The notes beneath the pieces are model-generated. The model made no database searches. It was not told the origin of the DNA and worked only from the letters and a program-made list of their open reading frames with translations. A stretch of 63,693 bases of DNA from NCBI GenBank assembly GCA_044450345.1, contig JBIOIY010000009.1:1-63693 (forward strand). Direction: 5' to 3'. The DNA is from Thermodesulfovibrionales bacterium. GTDB taxonomy: Bacteria; Nitrospirota; Thermodesulfovibrionia; Thermodesulfovibrionales; UBA6898. Below, piece after piece: positions 53,288-63,095 of this stretch. The position numbers were made by a program, and so were the translations under genes. Within the stretch, counting starts at the first letter, position 1. The number at the start of each line of letters is the position of its first letter.

Positions 53288-54631
53288 ATGGACAGAATAC
53301 TCGTCGTCGATGACGACAAGGACTTAAGAGGAATAGTCGGGGAGGTGCTGAAAGAGGAAGGCTTCGCGGTAACCGAGGCCGGCGACGGTATCGGCGCCGT
53401 CAAACTCTTCAGGAAGTCCCCCCCGGATGCGGTGCTGCTCGATCTGAACATGCCATATATGAACGGGATCGATGCCATGCACGAACTCAGAAAGATCGGC
53501 CCTGATGTGCCCATCATTATTCTGACCGCATACGGCGACATTCCCACGGCGGTGGATGCCATAAAGAATGGTGTCTATGATTTCATGATAAAGCCCCCTG
53601 AGTTCGACAGGCTTGTTTTTACCCTCCGGCGGGCGCTTGAAAAACGGCGGCTTGAGATTGAGGTCAAAAGGACCACCACCGCGCTTGAGTCGTCGCTCGA
53701 ACACCAGCTTGGCAGAAGCAGTGCAATGAAGACGGTCGTGAATCGGATCAAACAGGTGGCTCACACGAATTTTTCTGTCATCATCCAGGGGGAGACAGGC
53801 ACAGGGAAGTCGGTGGTGGCAGGCGCCATACAGAACCTGAGCGGGAGGCCCGATAGGCCTTTTGTGAGCGTAGACATAGGGCTGATCCCGGACCTCCTTG
53901 TAGAGAGCGAGCTGTTCGGGTATAAGAAAGGGGCCTTTACGGGCGCCGAGAGGGACAAGGCAGGCTATTTCGAGACCGCTCACAGGGGCACCATATTCAT
54001 AGACGAACTGGAAAACATGTCGCCCCATGTTCAGGGGAAACTCTTAAGCGTCATCGAGAGGAAAAAGATTTATCCTCTCGGAAGCACAAGCCCGGTGGAT
54101 GTGGATATCCGCATCATTGCGGCGACCAACAAGGACCTGAAAGAAAGCGTGGAGAGGAAGGCGTTCAGGGAGGACCTTTTTTACCGCCTGGGTGAATTCT
54201 TCATCACGCTGCCGCCCCTCAGAGACAGGGTTGAAGACATACCTTTTTTTGCGAGAAAATTCTCCTTTGAGGCCGGGACAGAACTCAATAAGCAGATCAA
54301 GGAGATTGACGGGAACGCCCTCGCGCTCCTTGTGAGGTATTCATGGCCCGGCAATTTGAGGGAGCTCAAGAACGTAATGAGAAGGGCGACCCTCCTTGCC
54401 GAAGACGATGTGATCGATCAGACATGCGTCGAGGCGTTGATCAGCAAACAGGGAAGCGAGAAAAGTGCGTGTCCGGTCGTGCCGCTGAAAGAGGCGGTCA
54501 GGGACCTCGAGAAGAGGATAATTATTCAGGCCCTTGTCAGGACGGAGGGGAACAAGACAAAGGCAGCGGAACTGCTCGATTTGAGCTACGCGACCCTTTT
54601 TGCGAAGATCAAGGAATACGGCATAAAGTAG
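53288..54631 (+). CDS. NtrC-family sigma-54-dependent response regulator
   Basis: REC domain (VVDDD, LLDLNMP), GETGTGKS, ESELFG..GAFTGA, FREDLFYRL, WPGNLREL, Fis HTH. Confidence 0.97.
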   Translation: MDRILVVDDDKDLRGIVGEVLKEEGFAVTEAGDGIGAVKLFRKSPPDAVLLDLNMPYMNGIDAMHELRKIGPDVPIIILTAYGDIPTAVDAIKNGVYDFMIKPPEFDRLVFTLRRALEKRRLEIEVKRTTTALESSLEHQLGRSSAMKTVVNRIKQVAHTNFSVIIQGETGTGKSVVAGAIQNLSGRPDRPFVSVDIGLIPDLLVESELFGYKKGAFTGAERDKAGYFETAHRGTIFIDELENMSPHVQGKLLSVIERKKIYPLGSTSPVDVDIRIIAATNKDLKESVERKAFREDLFYRLGEFFITLPPLRDRVEDIPFFARKFSFEAGTELNKQIKEIDGNALALLVRYSWPGNLRELKNVMRRATLLAEDDVIDQTCVEALISKQGSEKSACPVVPLKEAVRDLEKRIIIQALVRTEGNKTKAAELLDLSYATLFAKIKEYGIK

Positions 54632-54672
54632 GCATCCCTCGGAATACCCCCTGATACGGATCGTTTGCGAAT

Positions 54673-54818
54673 GCAGCGTGGGACCGTCTTTTAGCTCATT
54701 CCCTGCCTGCCGGCAGGCAGGTCGCTTCGCTCCGAGGCATTTTCTCTACACGCCAATTATGAATACAAGGCGGGTGAATACGGGAAGATGAAACCGCTCA
54801 AAGACAGTCCCACACTGC
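54673..54818. repeat. 146-bp element bounded by 23-bp imperfect inverted repeats (MITE-like or structured RNA)
   Basis: GCAGCGTGGGACCGTCTTTTAGC ... GCTCAAAGACAGTCCCACACTGC (20/23); contains the palindrome CCTGCCTGCCGGCAGGCAGG at 54702-54721. Confidence 0.6.
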
Positions 54819-54977
54819 GTATCTTCGGTGTCGGGGCCGAAGCCCATGTATTAATAAGATAACTATATGAAATCCCATATACCTTTATAGACTTTTTTGT
54901 AGTCATCCACGAACCCGCGTAGATGGCCGCTGTCAAAAATATCTTCTAAAAACGCCGGGTTGTAGCTTTCCTCATTT

Positions 54978-54994
54978 CTGGCCTTTTCTTTGCA
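54978..54994 (+). promoter_or_regulatory. Putative sigma-54 promoter upstream of the LuxR-HTH gene
   Basis: CTGGCCTTTTCTTTGCA: TGGC and TTGCA with exact GG-N10-GC spacing. Confidence 0.6.
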
Positions 54995-55059
54995 CGTATT
55001 TTTGTATCCCTTTTCTTACAATTTTGACGAAACAACAAAAGGAGAGATGACAAGGAGAT

Positions 55060-55299
55060 ATGATTCGAAAAAAGAAGGGTACTGATATGGACACATCGCA
55101 ACTCCTTTCTCCGCGAGAACGAGAAGTTCTCATGTGGTTGAGATGCGGCAAGACATCATGGGCCATATCGCTGATACTTAGGATAAGCGAGAGGACGGTA
55201 AATTACCACGTCAACAATATCATGCGCAAGCTCGATGTCAGCAACAGGATGCAGGCGGTTTCCGTGGCCTACAATGGTGATATCGGCAGGGATGAATGA
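55060..55299 (+). CDS. Stand-alone LuxR-type helix-turn-helix protein
   Basis: LSPREREVLMW..GKTSWAIS.IL.ISERTVNYH..NIMRKL.VSNRMQAV; no N-terminal ligand or REC domain. Confidence 0.9.
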   Translation: MIRKKKGTDMDTSQLLSPREREVLMWLRCGKTSWAISLILRISERTVNYHVNNIMRKLDVSNRMQAVSVAYNGDIGRDE

Positions 55300-55353
55300 G
55301 GGGTCTCCGCGGTTTCGTATCGGATGTGCGTTCGAGGGGTCGGAGGTGAAATA

Positions 55354-56418
55354 GTGAACGATGAAGCGTTCAATGGCAGTAGTAGCGCATTAAGCCCGAA
55401 TTGCATGCCGGACAGAAAGGTGATCGATATACATGCGCACATGTTTGGCACCGGAGATGCCGTAAAGGGGATGTTTGTATCGCAGGAGTTTTTCTCCAGT
55501 CCTGCTTTCTCTTCCATGCTTATGTATCTCAATACCCCGCCCTCTGCGGCGACCGACGGAAAGATCAGGCAAGTCCTTCTTGAAGAGGTTGAAAGCTCCG
55601 GGAGTATAGATTATGCGGTTTTCCTTGCTATGGACGGCGTTTACAAAAACGGTAAATTCGCGGCATCTGAGACGCATCTTGTGGTCCCCAACGATTACAT
55701 AATCGATCTTTCAAGAATGAACAAGAGGGTGCTTTTCGGCGCATCGGTCCACCCCTACAGGGAGGTGACGGAGATGCTGGCTGCTGCGAAACGATGCATA
55801 GACGGGGGTGCAGCGCTCTTTATGTGGTCTCCCTCAGAACAGCAGATAAACCCCGAGGATGACAGGTGCATCCCGTTATATGTATGCCTGGCGAGAGAAG
55901 GCATTCCGCTGCTCGCGCACACGGGCGCCGAGTTTACGGCGCGCACAACCGAATTCAGGGCGGACACATGCGATGATCCGAGAAAGCTGAAGACAGCCCT
56001 CGACATAGGCGTCAAAGTGATTGCGTCGCACTGCGCGCTGCCATCCGGAGAGGACGTGATGCCGGGCTGCGGATATTGGGAGGTATTGCTGGATATGCTG
56101 AGGACTGCGGAAGAAAAAAAGTGGGACCTCTACGCCGACATATCGGCTTGTTGCATGCCCTCGAAGATAGGGTATCTCGAGAGGGTCAAACTGGAAATTG
56201 AAGAGGGAAGGATAAGTCCTAAACGATTCCTCTACGGAAGCGATTTTCCGATGCCTGCGGTGGATATCAATGATGTGAAAAAACCTCTCACTCCCAATGA
56301 GCTGATCGAGCATATGAGCGGTCAGGGCAACCATCTCGACAACTATTACAGGATACTGAAAGATTTCGGGATCCATGAGTCGATCTTTACGAATGCCTGC
56401 GATGTCTTGAGACTTTGA
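55354..56418 (+). CDS. Amidohydrolase family 2 metallo-hydrolase
   Basis: IDIHAH, ASVHPYR, HTGAE, ASHCA, ADIS, YGSDFP; GTG start after GGAGGTG. Confidence 0.88.
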   Translation: MNDEAFNGSSSALSPNCMPDRKVIDIHAHMFGTGDAVKGMFVSQEFFSSPAFSSMLMYLNTPPSAATDGKIRQVLLEEVESSGSIDYAVFLAMDGVYKNGKFAASETHLVVPNDYIIDLSRMNKRVLFGASVHPYREVTEMLAAAKRCIDGGAALFMWSPSEQQINPEDDRCIPLYVCLAREGIPLLAHTGAEFTARTTEFRADTCDDPRKLKTALDIGVKVIASHCALPSGEDVMPGCGYWEVLLDMLRTAEEKKWDLYADISACCMPSKIGYLERVKLEIEEGRISPKRFLYGSDFPMPAVDINDVKKPLTPNELIEHMSGQGNHLDNYYRILKDFGIHESIFTNACDVLRL

Positions 56419-56745
56419 GGCGATACCTCATTTTACCGATTCGGAATTCTTAGGCAATAACGCAGCATGCATGAATGGACTGCCTCCCCGCTCATTCTCG
56501 GCCCCAATAAACCGTGGCCTCCGAGGCAATTTCTCGCCTTGCCTGATGCGGGCAATACGAGAAATTGAAGCCGCTCGAAGGCAGTCCACTCCTGCATAGT
56601 TACAGCCTGCAGAAAAGTCTATAAATGAATTGCGCTTACGCTTGTGGCCATTCCCGCCATTTGAATTAATACGACTATTTTGTTTAGCATAAGAAACGAA
56701 GAATGTGTCGGGGCGGACTATTGGGCCGTACCTGTTCGATACGAT

Positions 56746-57873
56746 ATGAGAATGTTTAGACATATTCCTGCACCCCTGCTCGTGTCACTAGCCCTTTCCG
56801 GGATGCTCCATGCTGCCGCGATCTTCTCTATTCCGGGGACGAGTGTGTTGGGTATCGCCGGCCTTTTTTCCGAAAAAATGTTCTCTGCTGCTCTCGTGCG
56901 GGAGGGGCCGGAGAAGCTTTATGCGAGGGGCCCTGCCGGGAAACACGCCGGGGTGTATTCTCCTCGCGCCGTGTCCAATGAAGATGGTATAAGAACCGAC
57001 GGGAAAAATGAAGGAGGTGCGGAAGTTCAGGAAAAGGTCCCAGCGGACCTGGGAAAGACCCCGGAGATCGCGCCGCCAGGTGAAGAAAAGAAGGGGGCGC
57101 TTCTTGAAGACCCGGCGAAAGAAAAGGATAAAGAAGATGCATTAAAAGTTGCCAGGAATATTTTGCCTGAAGGGGCTGTAATGTCCTCTAAACTCGGCAA
57201 GGTCCCCAGTATAATCAATCTTAAGAGAGAGAAGTTTTATTACGACATATACTGGATGGGAATCTACGTCGGGAATGCGGTCATCGAGGCGGTAAATAAC
57301 GGTGGCATCACAAGGATCACTTCCGAAGTCCATTCCGCCCCTTTCATATCCACCTTCTACAAGGTGGAAGATTACGCCGAAAGCAGGGTCAAAGACGGAA
57401 GGCCCTTTAACTTCAGGATAAGGCAGCACGAGGGCAAATACAGAAGCGACAAAGAGACAATCTTTGACGCGGACAACAAAAAGATCACTTATTTCGACTA
57501 CCTGAAGGGAACTAAGAACGAGCATATTGTCGGGGACAGCATGTTTTGGGATGTGATTTCCGGTTTTTACCATCTTAGGACAAGGGGCCTCGAACCTGAA
57601 ACGACGGTCTTTGTCGATATCTTCGACAGTAACAAGGTGCTGAACGCAGAGGTGAATGTCCTCGGCAGGGAAAGTGTCAAGTTGATCGGAAAAGGAGACA
57701 TAGACGCAATTGTTGTGAAGCCTATACTGAAATCCGATGGTCTTTTTCAGAATAAGGGTGATATAAGGATATGGCTTTCGGACGATGAAAATAGAATGCC
57801 TGTCAAGGTTGAAACCAAGGTCCCCATCGGGAACGTTACGGCCGCACTGAGGCGTGTGGAAACCGAGAGGTAG
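56746..57873 (+). CDS. DUF3108-like protein with N-terminal membrane anchor and charged linker
   Basis: TM SLALSGMLHAAAIF, linker, beta-rich C-terminus E.F.YDIYW.GI.VG..IWLSDDENRMPVK. Confidence 0.75.
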   Translation: MRMFRHIPAPLLVSLALSGMLHAAAIFSIPGTSVLGIAGLFSEKMFSAALVREGPEKLYARGPAGKHAGVYSPRAVSNEDGIRTDGKNEGGAEVQEKVPADLGKTPEIAPPGEEKKGALLEDPAKEKDKEDALKVARNILPEGAVMSSKLGKVPSIINLKREKFYYDIYWMGIYVGNAVIEAVNNGGITRITSEVHSAPFISTFYKVEDYAESRVKDGRPFNFRIRQHEGKYRSDKETIFDADNKKITYFDYLKGTKNEHIVGDSMFWDVISGFYHLRTRGLEPETTVFVDIFDSNKVLNAEVNVLGRESVKLIGKGDIDAIVVKPILKSDGLFQNKGDIRIWLSDDENRMPVKVETKVPIGNVTAALRRVETER

Positions 57874-57892
57874 AGACGGACCCTCAGGCAGG

Positions 57893-58978
57893 TTACCCCC
57901 TTTTGTAGAATGCCTCTGATACCGACGTGTGGACTATCTTGCCCCGGTAAGTATTCAGCGCGGTTTTAATGGACTGATCTCCACTGATCGCCTGTTCGAT
58001 CCCTGCATCTGCGATCGCTTTAATGTAAGGGAGGGTCGCGTTCGTCAGCGCGAGCGTCGCTGTCCTGGGATAGGCCCCTGGCATGTTGGCTACGGTATAG
58101 TGAACAATTCCATCGACCGAATAGATAGGTTTGTCATGGGTTGTCGGCTTTGAGGTGTCGGCACAACCACCCTGGTCTACGGAGACATCGACGATTACCG
58201 CACCTTTTTTCATCGTCCCGAGCATTTCCCTGGAGATCAGCAGCGGGGTCCTGGCGCCGGGCACGAGCACGGCGCCGATTACTATATCGGCTTCCCTGAT
58301 CTCCACGGCGACATCGTGCATGGTGAAGGGCAATGTATGTACCCTGCCCACGAATAGCTCGTCCAGTCTCTGAAGTTTCCCGACGCCTTTGTTTATGACG
58401 ACCGTGTCCATACCCAGTCCGATGCATACCCGCGCCGCGTTTGACCCCACCACTCCCGCTCCGAGTATCAGGACCTTTGCCGGCCTCACCCCCGCAACGC
58501 CGCCGGAGAGAACGCCGGAGCCCCCGTGGATCATCTGGAGATAATAAGCGCCCATGAGCGGGGCCATTCTCCCTGCGATCTCGCTCATGGGAGAGAGGAG
58601 GGGAAGTCCGCCGCCTTTTTCGAGGGTCTCGTATCCGAAGGAGGCTATCTCCTTTTTTAGAAGGAACTCGGTGAGTTCCCTGTTCGGCGCGAGATGCAGA
58701 TATGTGAAGACCGCCTGTCCCGGCTTGAAAAAATCATATTCTCCGGCGAGCGGTTCCTTCACCTTTACGATAAGATCGGACTTTTCGAAAAGGACCTTTT
58801 TCCCAACGACGTCGGCATCCGCCTCGATGTACTCGCCGTCGGGAAATCCGCTGCCCTCACCGGCGCCTTTTTCGACGAGTACAATATGTCCCGCACCCTT
58901 GAGTTCCTTTACCCCCGACGGTATGATGCCGACCCTGTATTCCTCTTTCTTTATCTCTTTCGGGACCCCGATCACCAT
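57893..58978 (-). CDS. ald: Alanine dehydrogenase
   Basis: IGVPKEIK..EYRV, VKVKEP, FTYLHLA, PMSEIAG, GAGVVG, DQGGC, VANMPGA. Confidence 0.97.
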   Translation of the reverse strand: MVIGVPKEIKKEEYRVGIIPSGVKELKGAGHIVLVEKGAGEGSGFPDGEYIEADADVVGKKVLFEKSDLIVKVKEPLAGEYDFFKPGQAVFTYLHLAPNRELTEFLLKKEIASFGYETLEKGGGLPLLSPMSEIAGRMAPLMGAYYLQMIHGGSGVLSGGVAGVRPAKVLILGAGVVGSNAARVCIGLGMDTVVINKGVGKLQRLDELFVGRVHTLPFTMHDVAVEIREADIVIGAVLVPGARTPLLISREMLGTMKKGAVIVDVSVDQGGCADTSKPTTHDKPIYSVDGIVHYTVANMPGAYPRTATLALTNATLPYIKAIADAGIEQAISGDQSIKTALNTYRGKIVHTSVSEAFYKRG

Positions 58979-58979
58979 A

Positions 58980-59429
58980 TCAGACAAAGGTCTCGAAATG
59001 GCCCAGGATTTCCGATTTCTTGGTTTTTGTGAGGTCCTCTGTAATGTTTCTTGACAGCTTGCTCTTCACCGTAGGGTCGAGGCACTCCACTATCTGTCTG
59101 TTTATCTCCTCAGGCGCGGCAAGGTACCATCTTTCGTAACCGCTCCTGCCTATGAGGGCGTTAATGTCCTTTGCGATCAGCTTCGTCATTCTCCTTTCGG
59201 CCTCCAGCTTGGTGTTATGGGACTCTCCGTTGCCGCAGGCAGCACCCTTTTTCCCGCCCATCATTCCGAATCTGCCGTTGGCGTCACTGTATTTTTCAGA
59301 CAATTTCCCGTGCGCTTCTGTGGAGTCATAGCTTTCGATCAGCTGCACGCGCGGGCTTTCCCGCTCTTCCTTCGTTACGCTGTAGGCCTTGAAATGTCCC
59401 CGATCCGCTGCGATAATTATCTTCTTCAT
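58980..59429 (-). CDS. Host-attachment (AtsE/baeRF-like) family protein
   Basis: IIAADRG..KAY, W.LAAP, DLTK motifs. Confidence 0.75.
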   Translation of the reverse strand: MKKIIIAADRGHFKAYSVTKEERESPRVQLIESYDSTEAHGKLSEKYSDANGRFGMMGGKKGAACGNGESHNTKLEAERRMTKLIAKDINALIGRSGYERWYLAAPEEINRQIVECLDPTVKSKLSRNITEDLTKTKKSEILGHFETFV

Positions 59430-59620
59430 ACCGTCCCTTCTTTCTTTAGATAAGATGATTTTCCGCTCTCCTAATTTCATTTTAGCCCTTCCCGGGGTCC
59501 TTTGCAAAAGAAAAAAAGGAGATAAAAAAAACGGAGATGCCCTTGTCTGTCGGCCGTGGCGACTGGAGTATCCCGGGGGTTGCCCCTTGTAATTAAAGGG
59601 GAAAATGATACAATGAATTC

Positions 59621-61543
59621 ATGGCTGAAAAAGGAGATATCGGGGAAAGGGAGAGTATCGCCGACAAACTGAGAAGCCCTCAATGGAGGGCAAGCATTGT
59701 TGCCCTTCTCGTCTTTATTATCCTATTTGTCTGGGCGCAGTATTTTACACCGACGGGGCCGGAGCGGTACGAGATAAACTACAGTCTGTTTTTCGAACAA
59801 CTCAACGCAGGCAACATTAAATCCGTTTCAATAAGGAAGCTCCAGGTAAACGGCGAGTTCATTAAGGAAGTGAATATCACCTTACCCGGAGCGAAAAAAC
59901 CGCTGGCGGTGAAGGATTTTCAGACCTACCTGCCTTCTTTTCAGGGCGAAGGCCTGCTATCAGAATTGGAAAAGAAGAACGTGGTCATAAATGTCGAACC
60001 GTCCGAGGAAAAATCGCTCTTCTGGCAATTTATTATCGGGCTTCTTCCCTGGGTAGTGATTATCGGGGTATGGATGCTGATTATGCGCCGCGCCCAACAG
60101 CAGATACAGGGCGGACCGGGCGGGCTTTTCACCTTCGGCGCGAGCAAGGCAAAGCTGTTCGATGCAAAGAAGCCGGGGGTGACGTTCAAGGACGTTGCGG
60201 GCATGGAAAACGTGAAGCTGGAACTCAGGGAGACGATCGAGTTTCTTCAGGACCCTTCCCGGTATTTGAAGATCGGGGCAAAGGTCCCGAAAGGAGTTCT
60301 CCTGATCGGGCCGCCGGGGACAGGGAAGACACTTCTTGCCCGCGCCACAGCAGGAGAGGCGGGGGTGCCTTTTTACAGCATCAGCGCCTCGGAGTTTATC
60401 GAGATGTTTGTGGGGGTAGGAGCGTCCCGCGTGAGAGACATGTTCCAGAAAGCGAAGACATCTCATCCGAGCATTATTTTTATCGACGAGATCGACGCGG
60501 TAGGCCGCACCCGGGGCACGGGGCTCGGCGGCGGACACGATGAGAGAGAACAGACCCTGAACCAGCTTCTGAGTGAGATGGACGGTTTTGACCCCCACGA
60601 CGAGGTGATCGTCATGGCAGCTACGAACAGGCCGGACGTTCTGGATCCGGCGCTTCTGAGGCCTGGACGTTTCGACAGACATATCGTGATCGACAGACCC
60701 GGGTGGAAAGAGCGCAAGGCGATCCTGGAAGTGCATGTGCGGGAGAAGGCGCTTGCCGATAATGTCGATCTCGAGACCATCGCGAAGGGGACGCCGGGCA
60801 TGACCGGCGCGGACCTGGAAAATCTTGCAAACGAGGCAGCACTCGTCGCCTTGAGAAAAAATAAAGATAAGCTCGATATGAGCGACTTCGAGGAGGCGAT
60901 GGACATCACCCTGATGGGCTCCAAGAGAGAAGAGACGATCAGCGACGCTGAGAAAAAGATAACGGCCTATCACGAGGCGGGCCACACCCTGGTCGCATGG
61001 GAATTGCCCGGCACCGACCCGATATACAAAGTGAGCATCATCCCCAGGGGAGTGGCGATGGGCGTAACGCAGCTTCTCCCGGAGGAAGACAGACATTATT
61101 ATCCCAAGACGTATCTCGTGAACAGATTATGCGTGGCCCTTGGGGGCAGAAACGCTGAAAAACTCGTTTTCGGCGAAGTGAGCAGCGGAGCCCAGAGCGA
61201 CCTGAAAGAGGCGACGTCCCTTGCCGAGAAGATGGTCTCCCAGTGGGGAATGAGCGATAAGGTCGGCCCGGTGAATCTGGGAAGGGGCGAGGAACATCCT
61301 TTTCTGGGGCGTGAACTTTCAATGCCGAAGCGCTATAGCGAGGAAATGGCCTGGCTCATGGACCAGGAGATACAAAGGTTTATAATCGAAGCCGAGGAAA
61401 AGGTGAAGGAGATACTCATGCAAAACAGGCATATTCTCGATAAACTGGCCGACGCCCTCATCAAAGAAGAGGTGCTCGATAAGGACGACATCGAAAGGAT
61501 CATAACGGGGGCGGAGGAAAAAAAGGAGAAGCAGGGGGACTGA
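59621..61543 (+). CDS. ftsH: ATP-dependent zinc metalloprotease FtsH
   Basis: Two TMs, [43 protein letters not shown]. Confidence 0.98.
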   Translation: MAEKGDIGERESIADKLRSPQWRASIVALLVFIILFVWAQYFTPTGPERYEINYSLFFEQLNAGNIKSVSIRKLQVNGEFIKEVNITLPGAKKPLAVKDFQTYLPSFQGEGLLSELEKKNVVINVEPSEEKSLFWQFIIGLLPWVVIIGVWMLIMRRAQQQIQGGPGGLFTFGASKAKLFDAKKPGVTFKDVAGMENVKLELRETIEFLQDPSRYLKIGAKVPKGVLLIGPPGTGKTLLARATAGEAGVPFYSISASEFIEMFVGVGASRVRDMFQKAKTSHPSIIFIDEIDAVGRTRGTGLGGGHDEREQTLNQLLSEMDGFDPHDEVIVMAATNRPDVLDPALLRPGRFDRHIVIDRPGWKERKAILEVHVREKALADNVDLETIAKGTPGMTGADLENLANEAALVALRKNKDKLDMSDFEEAMDITLMGSKREETISDAEKKITAYHEAGHTLVAWELPGTDPIYKVSIIPRGVAMGVTQLLPEEDRHYYPKTYLVNRLCVALGGRNAEKLVFGEVSSGAQSDLKEATSLAEKMVSQWGMSDKVGPVNLGRGEEHPFLGRELSMPKRYSEEMAWLMDQEIQRFIIEAEEKVKEILMQNRHILDKLADALIKEEVLDKDDIERIITGAEEKKEKQGD

Positions 61544-61546
61544 AAA

Positions 61547-61873
61547 TCATTGCCTGAGCGAAAAAAGAGGCTCTCTTATGAGTTCTCCCTTACAGACCGG
61601 ACATTTCCCCGGCTTTTTGAGCCTCTCCCTCTTACTGAAGGTAAAACCGCATTTTGCGCACTCAGCCGGTGTCACGTCAAGCCGATGGTCTCTTTTGCTC
61701 ATCGTCTTCCGGATGTGATCGAGATGTTCATAGACCTCCTTTTCAGGGATCTTGACTTCCGAGGAAATATCTTTTGCCGAGACCGTCCCTGTCGCAAGAA
61801 CCGAGATTATCTGCCGGCGGACGGTCTCGTGCCTCTCCTCGGGTATGAAAGGACCTTTGATTTTCTTTTTCAC
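61547..61873 (-). CDS. HTH plus Zn-ribbon predicted transcriptional regulator
   Basis: GTG start with AGGAG RBS; EKEVYEHLDHI, CAKCGF..PGKCPVC. Confidence 0.85.
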   Translation of the reverse strand: MKKKIKGPFIPEERHETVRRQIISVLATGTVSAKDISSEVKIPEKEVYEHLDHIRKTMSKRDHRLDVTPAECAKCGFTFSKRERLKKPGKCPVCKGELIREPLFSLRQ

Positions 61874-62097
61874 ATAACTCCTGATGTGTGACCCAGGAAC
61901 TATTCTCAGTGTAAGACAGGAGAAGATAAAAGACAAGGACCGTTTTAAACAAAACATGACAAATGTTCGCGCAGAGCCGCAAAGAACGCAAAGAAGAAGG
62001 GGGGTCGCACTGGAAGGCAATAGGTCTAATGGTCTATTGAACACTGCGGACGCCGAGGAAGAGTATTCACAAAATACGTTTAATGGTAAAATGTGAT

Positions 62098-62337
62098 ATG
62101 AAAAGCGCAGTCGGGTTTGCCATCTTCGTGGCCGTAGTGGTCGGGCTTCTGCTCCTCTTTCCCGGCAAGACATATCCGCCTATCCCTGATGATGATTTTC
62201 ATAAGGCGCGAGGGGATAATTCTTCCTGCATGGATTGTCACGGACCGGGCAAAAAAAATGAATTAAAAAAGACCCACCCGCCGAAATTCGATTGTCTCAA
62301 ATGCCATGCATCGAAAGCGAAGAAGGCCCGAACTTAA
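62098..62337 (+). CDS. Small diheme cytochrome c
   Basis: N-terminal hydrophobic helix; CMDCH and CLKCH, with extra His residues as candidate distal ligands. Confidence 0.8.
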   Translation: MKSAVGFAIFVAVVVGLLLLFPGKTYPPIPDDDFHKARGDNSSCMDCHGPGKKNELKKTHPPKFDCLKCHASKAKKART

Positions 62338-62406
62338 GAAACATTTGCCCGCCTCTCGTTGATTTAATAGGTATCCATCAGTTAATATTTCTGACGCCTT
62401 TTTTAC

Positions 62407-62447
62407 GGAGAGATGACCGAGTGGCCGAAGGTGCACGACTGGAAATC
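62407..62447 (+). tRNA. 5' half of tRNA-Ser(GGA), truncated just after the anticodon loop
   Basis: GGAGAGA-TG-ACCGAGTGGCCGAAGGT-G-CACGA-CTGGAAA-TC, then TCT instead of GTG; no variable arm, T-arm or acceptor 3' strand in the window. Confidence 0.85.
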
Positions 62448-62749
62448 TCTGTTCCTTCCTTGAAAATCAAAGAGTTATAAGGCCGCTATCCAGGGCGGAT
62501 ATACTGAAGCACTATCTTGAGAAGCCCTCCGCAGTCCCCGCGTTCCTAGGCGGATGTATAAAGGAGCTCGAGAGGTGGATCGGTATGCTCTCCGACATGG
62601 AAAAGTACAAGATCCACGAGGCGTCTCTGGGGAAACAGTGGATGGACGCGTTTGTCGAGGGCCTGAAGATCAACATTCATAAGGTGCTGTCAAAAAAGAG
62701 GGCCCCGCCTTCAACCGAACGGCTTCCCTTCGAGGGCAACGGCTCTTAA
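62448..62749 (+). pseudogene. Start-less open frame (~100 codons), probable 3' gene fragment
   Basis: Stop-free frame ..RADILKHYLEKPSAVPAFLGGCIKELERWIGMLSDMEKYKIHEASLGKQWMDAFVEGLKINIHK..*, GC3-rich codons, no RBS/start at its 5' end. Confidence 0.5.
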
Positions 62750-62788
62750 TGAGGAGTACAGAAAGTGCACATAAAATAATTTTTATTT

Positions 62789-62810
62789 TGTTCCTCATAT
62801 GGGGTACAAT
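62789..62810 (+). promoter_or_regulatory. Probable TA autoregulatory operator overlapping the -10 box
   Basis: Imperfect palindrome TGTTCCTCAT-ATGGGGTACA (8/10) overlapping TACAAT. Confidence 0.55.
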
Positions 62811-62834
62811 AGAATAAGAAAGGAGATAATAGGC

Positions 62835-63095
62835 ATGGCGAAGACAGAAACTATAAGGGCAAGAGTAGAACCGGTCTTAAAAGAAGGAGCGGAGGGTATT
62901 TTGAAAAAGCTGGGATTGTCCAGCACAGAAGCGATCACCCTTTTCTACAGACAGGTTATTTTGAGAAGGGGGCTCCCCTTCAATGTCGAGCTGCCGAATA
63001 AAGAGACAGCGGAAACGCTTCGGAAGTCTCGCCAGGGGAAAGAACTGCATTCCCACAATAACCTTGATGAGTTCTTCGATAAAATGGGGAAGTAG
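62835..63095 (+). CDS. dinJ: RelB/DinJ-family antitoxin
   Basis: IRARVE..LK..AE.IL..LGLS..EAI.LFY.QV....GLPF....PN.ET. Confidence 0.92.
   Translation: MAKTETIRARVEPVLKEGAEGILKKLGLSSTEAITLFYRQVILRRGLPFNVELPNKETAETLRKSRQGKELHSHNNLDEFFDKMGK

Noticed and set aside
59960..61096. 378-aa minus-strand ORF and similar long ORFs opposite tkt, atp and kinase genes
   Set aside because: Antisense shadows expected from GC3-rich coding sequence
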